DNA of 64,000 nt from Podarcis cretensis (Eukaryota). Positions 11,301 to 56,628 of this stretch are shown here, one piece after another. The position numbers and the translations under genes were made by a program. Within the stretch, counting starts at the first letter, position 1. Each line of letters opens with the position of its first letter. Under the pieces are notes generated by a model, which searched no databases, had not been told where the DNA came from, and saw only the letters and a list, made by a program, of their open reading frames with translations. The stretch spans positions 35,216,001 through 35,280,000 of the forward strand of contig OX638158.1 of assembly GCA_951804945.1 (NCBI GenBank). The letters run 5' to 3'.

Positions 11301-14300
11301 TTATCCCTGTTTCCAGATATGGGGACTTGGGTCAGAACAGCACTCCATACATGCTCAAAGGCAGTCTTCATAACAACATGTTTCAGAGCTAACCCTTAAT
11401 GAACCCAAGCTTAAATTTAAGCCCCAGACCCAAGACGCTTTCAGTAAAGGAATTTGATATTTAATGTATTCATAGACCACTGCCAACAGAATGGTGGTTT
11501 TTTTCATCACAAGGCAATACATAATAAATTCTTCAGGCCATAGACAAAATTACCATTAACCATATTTAGCAGTATAAAAAAACCCATACTTGGCAGTCTC
11601 CATATCCTTGAAAAAGTCTTGGGAAACATAACATACATCTTCTTTCACTTGGTTAATCACATGGGTTTCATCCATAACATGGAGTTGCCTATAATTTTTA
11701 AAGAAAATAATGCTACTTTATCTTGTTTTCATTGCTGGTCTGTTATGAGTATTCAATATGAGTATTTATTGAAGCTTAAATGTTATAGTAAAGCTGTTAG
11801 ATTAATTGTGGAAAACTCACTTAAGCCTTTAATCCTCTGTGGAGTAGGGCATGCTATTAAACCAAAGAACAGTAAGAGGAGGATGAACGTTCTTAACACT
11901 GCACTTCTTTGAGTTCTCATTAAGTTGTGATTAGGAACTAATCTGTTAAACCAGATGAAGTTCATGGTTTTTAGTAGAAAAAGTGAATAATATTCTCATA
12001 CCACCCTTTCTATACAAGAGGAACAAAATTATGTATATAGGAAAGGTACTGTTTGATGGGGCTTTTTAAAAAAAGGAGATTATACATATTGTAATCGTTC
12101 AGGAATCCTACCTTTGCAGAAGACATTCAGAATTGGCACATGGGTAGTATCTAACACTAAACAGCCCTCTAAATAGAACCAGCAAGACCTAAGGATGCAG
12201 GGGGATCTTCAGAATAGAAAAGTTCTCACTACTGTTGAGATGGGGGATAGGGGATGGGAAACAAGTGGCCGTGAAATCTAGGTTGAGCAGCTTAACTCAC
12301 TGTGAGGAACCCAGCTGGTTTTGCCCATCTGTATATTCCCAATGAACTTTCTAGGGTGTAGCTTATGAAAGTTTGTGTATACAAAAAGAGGGAACCCTCA
12401 AGTTCATGGACCTTGCCCCATTATAGTCTACTCATGTGGCCTAGCATACCCACAGATTCACTCAGATTCTCCATGGAACCAGTGGCATTTGGAAACAACC
12501 AACAAGATATGCCAGTAAATTATGGTGCAGTTTCATTACCATACCTAAAACAATTCACAGAATAATTTTACTGCTCATTTTCTGGAGTGTTCCATCTATT
12601 TTTCCAATTTAACTTTTGCGGCAAAAAAACTAATTTTAAGTATCATTGCATACCTTGCACCATAATCTAGGCAAAGTAAGCCTTCAGCAAACCTTGAGTT
12701 CAAAAGTTAGCTTAATCTTTTTGTCCTATAAAATAAACTAAACTATATTTTTATTACCGTGAACCAGCTAAGATTGTAATAACTTCTAGTTAGTGTTTTA
12801 CCTGTAAGAGATTATTTCCTTTAGATGATTGGTTAAGAGCTTTCCTCCCACGTTAATCCTAAGAACAAGAAAATTTTTCTTTAATATTTATATTTTAAAA
12901 ACATGAATACATCTTTTTTTAAAATATGAAAAATACGGTTTTTTACCTTATAATGGCCTCCTTCTTCTTTTTACTTCTGCAGTAAGGTACAATGTGTGTA
13001 AAAGAATACCCACTGTCTACAATGATGCAACATAGTTCTGATGGGTTGTCCCGGAAGTATCTATGGGCACTGAGAGCCCCAGCTGAAAAACAGAGCCATG
13101 TCATAGTGTCAGATACATTTCTTAACAAGTGTTTCAGGCAGAGGGCCTTCTCGGCAGTGGCGCCATCCTTGTGGAACACCCTGCCATCAGATGTCAAGAA
13201 GATAAAGAACTACACAACTTTTAGAAGACACCTGAAGGTAAACTTGTATTGGGAAGTTTTAAATGTTTGACATTATGTTTTTACATGTCTTGGCGGCTGG
13301 GAAACCCAGCCAGATGGGAGTGGTATAAATATATTAATTATTATTATTATTATTATTATTTTAAGCAAACATAAAGTGTTGTAGTAATGCCAAACGAAAA
13401 CATTTTCTCCCCCAAAAATAAACAGTAAGAGGACTTGCCATTCACCATTTACTCTGAGAACTGCTTGGAATTGGTATTCTTCAAACAATATTTCGTTCAT
13501 GGACTCTTGTATTGAGCTGAAGTTGAAATAAGGTTCTGTGATGATGATATTGGTATCTACAAAATCTACCTATGTAGGAAAATATTTCAAGATTCAGAAG
13601 CAATCCTTTTTTTAAAAAAAAGAGTATCTAAAATTAGGGTCTGACTATTAATAAATATGTTCTTAATAATATGTACAGAGAATATTTCAAAACACTTCAC
13701 ATAAATTATCTCAATAGTATTTGGAACAGTCTTAGAAAGATAGACCAGTAATGCTCCTCTGCTGCAGATGAGAGACTGGGTAAAATTGGCTTGATGAAGG
13801 GTCATCAATGGCTAAGGTGAAATTTGAACTGGGGATTTTCTCCTAACTCACAGCTCACACTTCTTGCCACTGTAGTATAGTAGCTTTCTGTTGTGACAGC
13901 AGGAACACATACTTGAAAAAAAAAATTGTAGGTTATACAAAATTTCATAAAACCTACATATTTTTACAGAGGTAACTAGTGAGTGGGCAAGTGACTAATG
14001 GATGAAGTAATTCAAGCTACCCATTTACCTGTAAGTAGGCCTCACTGAACTCAGAGGGACTTACTTTTGTGTATACAGGTACAGCAGGGATGTCCAACAG
14101 GTCAATCCCTGGGAGCTTTTGGTAGCTCGCGGTTGATTGCTGGTTCCCTTTCCTGCCCCCTCTCACAGCCCTCCATTGTTGCACGATGTGCAGAATGTAA
14201 AACCTTAGTGTGAACTTGAATTCCGGTTCAGCAATGTTTTTTCCTTGTGTTCTATGGAATTCTTTAGGAAACTGAGTGGTAACTTGCAATAAAAAACCCC

Positions 14301-16166
14301 CATCCTAAACTCTATAATGTACTTGCTAAAATGTATCATCCTGTATGCTAAAGACAGTAACAGATAAAAGTATTGAGTAAACACTGGCGGAGATGGGTTT
14401 GCCATGATGCATCTTGGGATGTAAAATCAGCAGGTGCAACTCCAATTCAGAAAAATACCTAACACTGAGATAAAATACTCTATGAAGGTTTGACAAGCAG
14501 ATATGGATTATTTTATCTGCTGATACATCATTCTTTAGAACACCTACACTGAACAAGCACATTTTTGTAAAAATAAAAACCCATGCTTTAAATGAAACAG
14601 TAAATGCCCTCATTTGTAGAAATCAAAACACTCACAGTTTAAATTAAAGCTGATGCACAAACTTCAACTATTAGGTTATGCTGACTTCCTATAAGCAGCC
14701 TGCATTCTTATATTCTTCTTGTGCTACCTTCAAGATATAGGAAAGTGTTTAATTACCTGATACATTTCTTTTCCATAAAGATAGTCCCACACTTGTCTTT
14801 GAACATCCCAGTTTACCAAGTAGCCCTGTTATTTAAAAAGTAAAGTTACTGCTCTAACCATTTGATATTTGCATAATTTTACACTGTCCTTCAAACTTTC
14901 TTTAGTACCCTACTGGAAGAAACCTGATCTCTTGAAGGTGTTTGGATGATTTGGCTCCTGTCCTAGAGTAGTATTTTACTCCATGTTATTTGTTTATGAT
15001 ACATTATTTAAGACTTTATCCTGACCATTTCTATATATAAGTATATTCCTCTGAAGGCAGTGGGACTTACACCCAAATAAGTGTTAACAGGTTTGCAAGT
15101 TTAATTTATTATTATTAAGATGCACAGCTAAATATGAACAATAATTTCCATCTAAGGCTTTGTTATATAGAAAGAAATGTTTCCCTCCTCTCTGATTTTA
15201 ATTACATTAATATTCTTATTCAAAAACTACATTTACTCATGCATAAATCTGACTAAACCTTTACCTGTCTCACTGAACCTTAACTGATTCTTGTGTAAAA
15301 AGATTTCCATGCTATTTAAATTACCTTCTGGAACGGAAGTATATAAAAAAGTCCAGATGGATCTTTAATTTCATCCAGTTGGTTAGCTGTAAATGTTTTC
15401 AGACGAGCAGTCTTTGATCTAAACTGACAGTTCGGAATAACACTGTGGGGAGGGGAAAGAAACCCAGCAGCTTTATACACATTTTAAAAAGTCAGTAACG
15501 TAAGTGACCAACCAATGCCTGTGGGAAACCCACAAGTGTGACCAAAGTACAAGAGTGCTATCTCCTTCTGAGGTTTCCAGAAACTAGTATGCAGAAACCT
15601 TACCTCCTCTCACTTCAGAGCATAGCCATCATAGCCTTTGGAAACCCTCTCCATGAATTTTTCAAACCCTCCTTTAGGTTGGATTTCCTCCCACCATCTA
15701 GGCTGGTGGCCATCACTGCCTCCTGGGAGAGTGGGTTCCACAGTTAAACTACTTTAACATGTCAATTTGCTGGAAACACCTTTTGTAACCCAGATCTCTC
15801 AGAGGTTTGCACACTCCTACACCAGCTGTTTCCAAACAAACCATACTGATTTCATTCTTTCGTTGGATTTAGTACCTGGATTATGTTTTCTGTAATAGCC
15901 ACTTTTTCACTGGACGCTTGTTTGGACAATACCTGCACATCTGGAATAATTTCTTAATTCATTCATAACTGCCAGTGAATTGATTAGATTCTCACAGATG
16001 CCCATATCCAAACATGCGAGAAAACCCATAGGAGAACCGACTGCCTGTTCCAAAAGAATTTAACTCCATCCAGACCTCAAGCGAATAAGGCTTCTCACCT
16101 GACATGAGCGTGACTGTACCCGATCTTGGCATTGTAGGCGCCGTTATCTAACACGAGAGTCGCCAT
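8184..16166 (-). CDS. ACTR6: Actin-related protein 6 (SRCAP/SWR1 complex subunit), complete 11-exon gene, 396 aa
   Basis: Exons 68+118+69+124+136+57+99+79+172+139+130 = 1191 nt in frame from MATLVLDNGAYNAKIG to CEEKFDI*; all introns GT-AG. Confidence 0.98.
8494..8632 (-). CDS. ACTR6: ACTR6 exon 10
   Basis: MQPHFFKNIVLTGGNTHLPGFRDRVYSEVRCLTPTDYDVSVVLPE. Confidence 0.96.
8990..9551. mobile_element. Non-autonomous hAT (Charlie-like) DNA transposon in ACTR6 intron 9
   Basis: TIRs CAGAGGTTTTCA / TGAAAACCACTG; 8-bp TSD TTCTAGAA (8982-8989) / TTCTAGAC (9552-9559). Confidence 0.85.
9670..9841 (-). CDS. ACTR6: ACTR6 exon 9
   Basis: PREEMVLSGKYKTGEQILRLTNERFAVPEILFHPSDIGIQEMGIPEAIVYSIQNLPE. Confidence 0.96.
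10540..10618 (-). CDS. ACTR6: ACTR6 exon 8
   Basis: LKGEENTVMLDYVLPDFSTIKKGFCK. Confidence 0.96.
10890..11215. mobile_element. Degenerate Tigger/pogo-like DNA element fragment
   Basis: GGGGTTTATGTTC..GCAAAACTGTGTAAATTCAAACC resembles 39530-39600. Confidence 0.35.
11590..11688 (-). CDS. ACTR6: ACTR6 exon 7
   Basis: QLHVMDETHVINQVKEDVCYVSQDFFKDMETA. Confidence 0.96.
12802..12858 (-). CDS. ACTR6: ACTR6 exon 6
   Basis: INVGGKLLTNHLKEIISY. Confidence 0.96.
12947..13082 (-). CDS. ACTR6: ACTR6 exon 5
   Basis: AGALSAHRYFRDNPSELCCIIVDSGYSFTHIVPYCRSKKKKEAII. Confidence 0.96.
13134..13360 (+). mobile_element. L2 LINE 3' fragment in ACTR6 intron 4
   Basis: RQRAFSAVAPSLWNTLPSDVK..FRRHLK, 3' UTR and (TTA)n tail. 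Confidence 0.85.
13446..13569 (-). CDS. ACTR6: ACTR6 exon 4
   Basis: VDFVDTNIIITEPYFNFSSIQESMNEILFEEYQFQAVLRVN. Confidence 0.96.
14757..14825 (-). CDS. ACTR6: ACTR6 exon 3
   Basis: GYLVNWDVQRQVWDYLYGKEMYQ. Confidence 0.96.
15325..15442 (-). CDS. ACTR6: ACTR6 exon 2
   Basis: VIPNCQFRSKTARLKTFTANQLDEIKDPSGLFYILPFQK. Confidence 0.96.
15500..15760 (-). mobile_element. CR1 LINE 3' fragment
   Basis: CCATGAATTT..GTGGCCATCACTGCCTCCTGGGAGAGTGGGTTCCACAGTTAAACTA is the reverse of a typical CR1 ORF2 3' end. Confidence 0.6.
16099..16166 (-). CDS. ACTR6: ACTR6 exon 1
   Basis: MATLVLDNGAYNAKIGYSHAHV; donor AG|GTGAGA. Confidence 0.96.
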
Positions 16167-16340
16167 TTTTCTCCTTTGGTCCTTCAGCTCCGCCCCATCG
16201 GCAAGCCAGCGCTAAATAACCATGCGGCTGAAACGTCTTTAGTCTCCACCGGGCGGATCCTCTCTTTCTCGCCTTCTCATTGGTAAAAGGAACTTAGCCC
16301 CGTTGAATGATGGGATAGTGGAGGACTTTCCCGACGTAAG
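16167..16340 (-). promoter_or_regulatory. ACTR6 promoter: GC box (~16188-16197), CCAAT (16279-16283); YY1-type AAAATGGCG overlaps the start codon
   Basis: Motifs read directly in a small CpG-rich patch. Confidence 0.65.
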
Positions 16341-17970
16341 AGCAAATACTGTAGGGGGAAAGTCATAGAGATAGGAAATTATAGAAGAGCTCTAGATTCC
16401 TATGTTTGAGTGTTAGGCGTAGACTTGTAATCTTAGACTAATAGAGTTAGTTTTAATATAAACTTAGACTGCTTCATCCCAGTTTCCAGTTTCAGTTAAG
16501 TCCATTCAGACAAGAAAGGGGGATGTCTGTTCTTTGAAACATTCTGTTTTGGGGACCTTTTAGGCATGCATCGGGTGAGATGCTCGGATAGCATCAGCGT
16601 TCACTTACAATATCTGTATAGCCTTATATTTCCGCATCTATATAATATGCGAGTACTGTGTATAATTATCGTGGAAACCTCTGTAAGGGAAAACTTCAGC
16701 CTCCAGCACTTCTGCACTGTAGGGAAAATTATGTCGCTCAGAGCCAGCTCTCGTCATCTGCAATATAGTCTAATATGTAGACGTTTTATTTATTCGCTGC
16801 TGATGCAGACTTCCCAAGACATTTAAAAAAAAAAAAAAGCTTAAAGGAATGTGTGACTGTGTGTCTCATTTTTCACCCATACAAGGCAATCTGGGTTGTG
16901 TCCTTTAAACACGTTTAAACATTTATTAAAGTGGAAGGTCAGAAATTGGATAGTCAAAACGCAGTATTTCACTTACACTAGTTATCCCACACTGCATAAA
17001 CAAAATCCTATCTTTTAGTTGAGGGTAGGTATTGTCTTCATACTTTTAAAAATTCTACTATGACTTTTTCCCTTCAGGCTTTTGGATAGTTTGCGGGCTT
17101 AAGGTGATTTTATGCAGCTTGACACTTTGCAATTATTTCAGTAGTACTTATTATTCCCGAGTAATTGTAAACAGGATATGCTCTTGGATTTTGATGGCAA
17201 TTAGATGCTCAAATTTGTGAGGAGAAAAACAGTATAATGTAGGGAGGGGCAATAGGGAAGGAATTCTAAATTGCTTTAAGGAGTCAGATCTTCTATGCAC
17301 AACATCATTCCCCTCTCATAGCGAATTTGGGTGACAGGGTTCATCGCGAAGAGAGAGCTCAGGAAAATAAATCGTGTTTTTGTATTACGCTCCTGATAAA
17401 CGTTGTAAGTGGACCTGGAAAACAGGTACTTAAGTGCTATTGTGTAAAAGCTGCCCCTCTTCGTTGCAAAAACAAAAAACCAACTCCTCAAGATATTTCT
17501 CTTTCCCAGTTTGGAAAACGGACTTTTGTGAGTGGGGCGGTGAGGCTTCCAGGCCGGCGTGCCTCGCTGCCGTGAAATTATTCCACTAAAGCTTGGATTT
17601 AGCGGGCGTCATTCACCGGAGGCAAAAGGTGACATCGGCGTCAGGCAGCAGCTCCCGGGGAGCCCTTGTGGCGGGATCCTCGCCGCCCTTGCCCGCCGAA
17701 TCCCGGCCGAGAGCCGCCCGCTTCCCCCGTCCGGGTTCCAGGCGGGCGGCGCTCCTGGCGCTGGTGCCGCCCTTTCCCCGCCCGGCTCTGCTCAGCGAAA
17801 GCCTGTCAGCTGGCGATACTGCAATCAAGATGGCGGCGGGGCCGGAGAGCGGGTGAGCGGGGGCGCCTCCGCTCCCTGGCACAGGACGGCAGGAAGCGCC
17901 GGGATGGGTCGAGGAGCGCCGGGTTTCTTTCGGTTTCCCTGAAGCGGGCGGGGGGTGAGGCGCGCTGGCC

Positions 17971-51538
<33,568 letters not shown>

Positions 51539-52450
51539 CAGAAGACTCTATAATGTTGCACTGGAACAAAAAGGGATACATTTTAGACTGTTTTTGGAAC
51601 CTGAGCTCTGAACAAAATTTCTGCAGAATAATCAGTTCTGTCAACATCTTCAAAGAATTAGGATGTGCTTCTCTTTAGCCTGAATTTAAGATGCAGTGAT
51701 GCAGGGAAAATCAATTTCTATTATATGTTACTAATTTGTTTAATAGGTGGTGGCATGAATAAAATGTACCATGTGTCATTGTTAGGCTATCTTCATTTGT
51801 GAAGATAAAGTTCTGTTATTGGTAGAAGAAAAGTACTATTCAAGGGAGATTAAATTTGCACTATTAACTGTAGGTGGGCACAACATGGTCCATCGTAGCT
51901 AACTAATACTGAAGTAATCATCCAGAGACTGGGCCTAACACCAACAGAACTTGCCTGGGACTGCGCACCCCCTTTATGCCTACATTATCAGCTGTGTTAA
52001 TGTGTTGAAACCCCTCTTGGAAAGGTGTGACCCAAGAAAATGAGGGAACACTCCAACTGTGCTGGAACCATGCTAATGTTTGGTTTCTTTTTATCCAGTA
52101 TTTGTGACCATTGTACAGTGAAGAATATTGGAGTGGTGCTTGGTCAGCTGATCTGTCACTAATTAATGATTAGACCAGGGCTCTTCAGAGATGATCACTG
52201 GTCATTTGTAGGAACATTCCTTACTTAAACCTTTTAACAGATTGGGGGTTTTTTTTGTAAAAATGTAATCTAACTGTATATTAATGCACTTGGGAGGGGG
52301 AAAATCGAATAACTGCCCTCTTGGACTTGTGAAATTCCATTAAAAATGTAAAACTGCATTATAAACTATGGGCTACTTGTAAAAATTTAAATTCTAGTTT
52401 TCAGCTGAAAACTGCTGCAAATATATAAATAAAAAGCAGACTTGTGCAGG
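51539..52450 (+). other. BLTP3B: BLTP3B 3' UTR (minimum extent) with AATAAA at 51758 and 52428
   Basis: Repeat-free AT-rich sequence after the stop; true end unknown. Confidence 0.55.
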
Positions 52451-55400
52451 AGGTTCTAAGTTTTTAAAACAATGAAGACTACACCCAATAGGAAAATTCA
52501 CTTTGGATAGACCTTTCTGAATCATTTTGTTGAAAACATTGTCTGGTATTTGTTTCGTCTGAATTATACAATGTTTTACGGAATTGGGAAATACCTTGTT
52601 TTTAAAAGTGCAAACCAGAGTCCTAATATCTACAGTTCTGTGGTTGGAGTTTTGTATGTGTGGGAAAGTGAAGAACTGGCTTGGGTGGAAGTGTCTTTAA
52701 TTAATTGTTTCTCCTGACAGCAAAAATGGGAGCGTGTATATATACTTTCCATTTTGGTGGTCCAGCTTCCAGCTTCCTCTCATAAGGTCAGCTGCAGTGA
52801 TGATATTGTGGTTGAAATGAGATAACACTTTCCCAAAAAAGATCTTGTCATTTTTAATAATTTCTTATCTCTAACTTGAAGTGTCATATGTAGTATACTC
52901 TGGGATTGCATTTGTACTCAGTACACCACATCATCTCAGTCATCTGGTCAATTCTGAAGAACCCCAGCTCTCTTCTTGTGTCATTCCCAGTAGAAGATTC
53001 TGCATTAAGTAGCAAAAGTCTTTAAACAGATGATCTTACAGTTTGTATTATTACATTTCATCCAGTTCCTGTAACTCCAGACAGTGAGATCATTTGGTCC
53101 ATCCATGTTATCTTTCAGTATTTAATTTGTACAAAAAATATTTTTATATTGACATCATCAGTGCATTATCTAAGTTTCAGTTAAACAAATTGATTTAGTT
53201 GAGGAGTTTCACTGCCTCCTAAATATGAAGCCTTGCTTTCTGGAAATACTTTGATGCCCTTCGAATTAGGTTTTAGTCATATGCTTTACTAAACATTTTT
53301 TTATAAAAAAAGATTCCCAAGGAACATTCATTGTTGCTTCAATTAACAGCAAGCTGAAGGACTTCGAGGGAGCACCAGCTCCATCTAGTGAGAACTCTGT
53401 GAACCTTCCTCTTGGGTTTGGAAATTGGAAATGGCATGAGCTCTCCACGCGTTGATCATGCTCCAAGCAATGCTTTCTGCTATGAAATCATCCTTGCAAT
53501 AATGAACTTTTGCCCATGCTCTTATGGACAAATGACCATATTCCCACAATGCCTTTTTAGTTTAGTTTCAAGGGTAAACTGTTATAGTTAGTCTTTATGA
53601 GGGTTTTACGAATGTAAAACCTACATTGACCAGAATGCAAGCTTTAATACAAATTCTTTTTTATGTGAATAAGTGATCTGATATTAACATAAATAGCACA
53701 GGAGGCTCAAATGCAATTTAAATCTCACATATAAAAACAGTCCTTGGCTTTTGACCTATACAAAAACCATTCTGCTTCTCCCCTCACCCCAAATGAAATG
53801 TGAGATCAGCAGAGCCATTTTCGCAAGCAACTGTTAATGCTTTTATTCCAGAATATAGAATACAGCCACTAGTCTTTCAGTTTATTTTGAAATGTAAAAA
53901 CTGATTTCAATATCATTTGGAAAATGGCATGCATGTATTGTCTTTGTTAAGTACACATGTCAAAGATGTGAAGAGAGGCACCTTTGGCGAAAACTCCAAA
54001 CCTAAACATAGTAACACTTTTTGAAAACCAGCTCCTCCTATTTAGCCAACCCAATCCTCAAAACACCTTCCCCCTTCCTTCTAAATCAACTTACCAGACA
54101 TGACAGAAGGAACAGCAGCATTGCAGCCAGGATTACAGAGGGAAGGACAAAAATCAGATTTCAGCCTTGCCCCCTCGTTTCAGCAATAGCAGTAACCTAT
54201 GAAAACAGAACTCCCAAAGGTCATCTTGATCATGCTTGCAATGTGCCCGAGAGGAAGGAAAGGGAGATCAAGGGAAATGGAGGGTGCAAGAAGGTAAGGT
54301 AAGAATTGTGGGTCTTGTGTAGCATATGGTTTATTAGAGGTGAGCTTTACTAGTTCCCTAAAGATCATATCACAGCCCAGCATGGTTCACTGGCAGCTTA
54401 ACTTTTGTGCCTAGTATTTTACAATAGTCTTAATCTCTCATAGAATGTTGGAAAGGTTATGGTCATATAAAGTACCCATTATAGTACCTGCAAAAAACCC
54501 CAACTGATTTTATCTGAGCCACCTCTTTGGAAACACAAGACAAGCAAACAGAAAAATGTTGCTATCTTTGTGGACAGACAAGCCCTACAGGTGTACAACA
54601 AGCTAAAAGTAGAGGAAGAGTCAGAGCATTGGTAGGTACTAATAACAGATTCAGCATCAAGAGTACGGTAATAGGCAGAAAGCAGGCTGCAAGGGAAGGA
54701 TAGATAGCAAGGTCCAAAGAATGCTCTGCTAGACCATGGACAGCTCCAGGATAGCAGATGACACACTTTGCATTTTAAAGAAACAAACATGATACATGAA
54801 GTAGTGTTCATAATGTCACTTAAGCACTTAAGTCACACTTGTCTTTTCAGCTTGTTCACTCACTACTTCTCCTGGATGAAAAAACCTTGGAGATAAAATA
54901 GAAACAAAACCTTACCTAAGAAGAGTTAATAGCAAAGTCAGTGACAGATTTAATACAAGGTGCCACTGCTGTTGTTCTGTGAACTTGGAAACCAAAGAGT
55001 GTATTTGGAATGACCCTAAGGAATTCCTGATTCCAGCTGATTGACAGAAATTGTAAACCTGTTGCCCAAATTATGTACAAGTTGTATTCTGGTTAACCTT
55101 TGGTTGAAGGAGATCAATCATACAGTCATCTAGGAAGCTGTTCCCTAATAGTCTCTGAGGTGGGGAAAAGGAACTGGTATAATGAACCTAAAGACTCAGC
55201 TATACAGCTGCAAATATAAGGTTTTAAGCGTGTTTTAAGCGCATTATAGACTGGATGTCGATAGTACACTTATGTCAAATTCAATGTATTTTTTCAAAAT
55301 GTTTGTTTAAAAAGCATTTTCACAGTGTTTTTTATATGTATCGAGATTCTACCTAAGAGGGGCTATGGACAGAGGAAAACACACATCCTCAAGCAGGTTC

Positions 55401-56593
55401 TGAAACCTTGCTATTTGAAAAAACTTTCTTGGTCAGAAACTGCATGTAACCCATTTTTAGCATACCCTCACTGGGGGTCAGGGATTTAAAGTTAGAGGTC
55501 TAGTGGTAGAATACACAGAAGTCATTCAAAGTTTCCCCAGTGAGTTGTAAAGCTTTTACACAAAATCTTTACAGAAAAATCTACTGGTTTATACCCAACT
55601 GTACAGAAATCGTTCAAGGCACTATATTAAGACTGATAGTTTTCTATTCAATCTAAAGTTAGATCAAAATTCTGTTGAACCCTTATCAGTAATGTCTGAT
55701 AAGTTTATCACCACAAATATAGAGAACTAAGCTGAATGTTTCCAAATACTTTTCACTGAAAACTCTAAAAGTAGCGGTAACCTATAGAATGAAGAGAGCT
55801 GCTTCAATTCTTCTTCTAGTTTTCAAATACATTTAAGCCTATTTGACATCAGAGGTTTTGCCAGTCATTACAGTGTTGAGATTTCTTGAGATGAAGCGTG
55901 AGAAAAGCTTTTTGCTGATGAAAAGGGAGGAACTTAAAGGGGCTCTTCATAAATTGCATATTACTGTTGTGGGATCATACATCAGTGGCTGAGTCACTAC
56001 ATTTTAAGTGCCAATCAGGAAGCAACATGGAAGGATTAAGGTACTTATATAACTCTCATGATTTTCTATGCCAGGAACTGCCAGCTGCTGCATGTTCAGC
56101 TGTTCTGAGAGGGAAGGAGGAGGTGCAATGAACCATGTTGTTTACAGTGGAAGAGTTTAAAAGGGTCATAGGCAAGAGTTGCCTTGACTTGTGGGACTTC
56201 TAATATGTCATTCTGCTGAGAAACAGAAAAAGAGCTCTCATATTTTAAACTTATTAATCTTTTTCTGGAATAGGTACGTTAGGGAAGTCATGGGGGTATA
56301 GATTTTGTTCTACGTGTATCTTTCATTTTACAAAAAGCAAGTGAATAGAACTTGAAAATAATCTCAGAAGATGTTACATATTTTACGATTTGCCCTCTGA
56401 AACCTTAATATGCTCATTCTGCAATACTGTTTGGTAAACATGTAATTTAATTGGAGCTGATCCAGCATATTATGTAGACCATATTTCCAAGACAGCCTTG
56501 CTGTGCAAGGATAATTTCAAGGTTTTGACATGAGAGTGGCAGCTCCTGAAAACTCAGATTTGAGGAGGCACATACTAATACTGGCATTGTGGG

Positions 56594-56594
<1 letters not shown>

Positions 56595-56625
<31 letters not shown>
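56595..56625. repeat. (TG)n microsatellite
   Basis: Direct. Confidence 0.95.
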
Positions 56626-56628
<3 letters not shown>

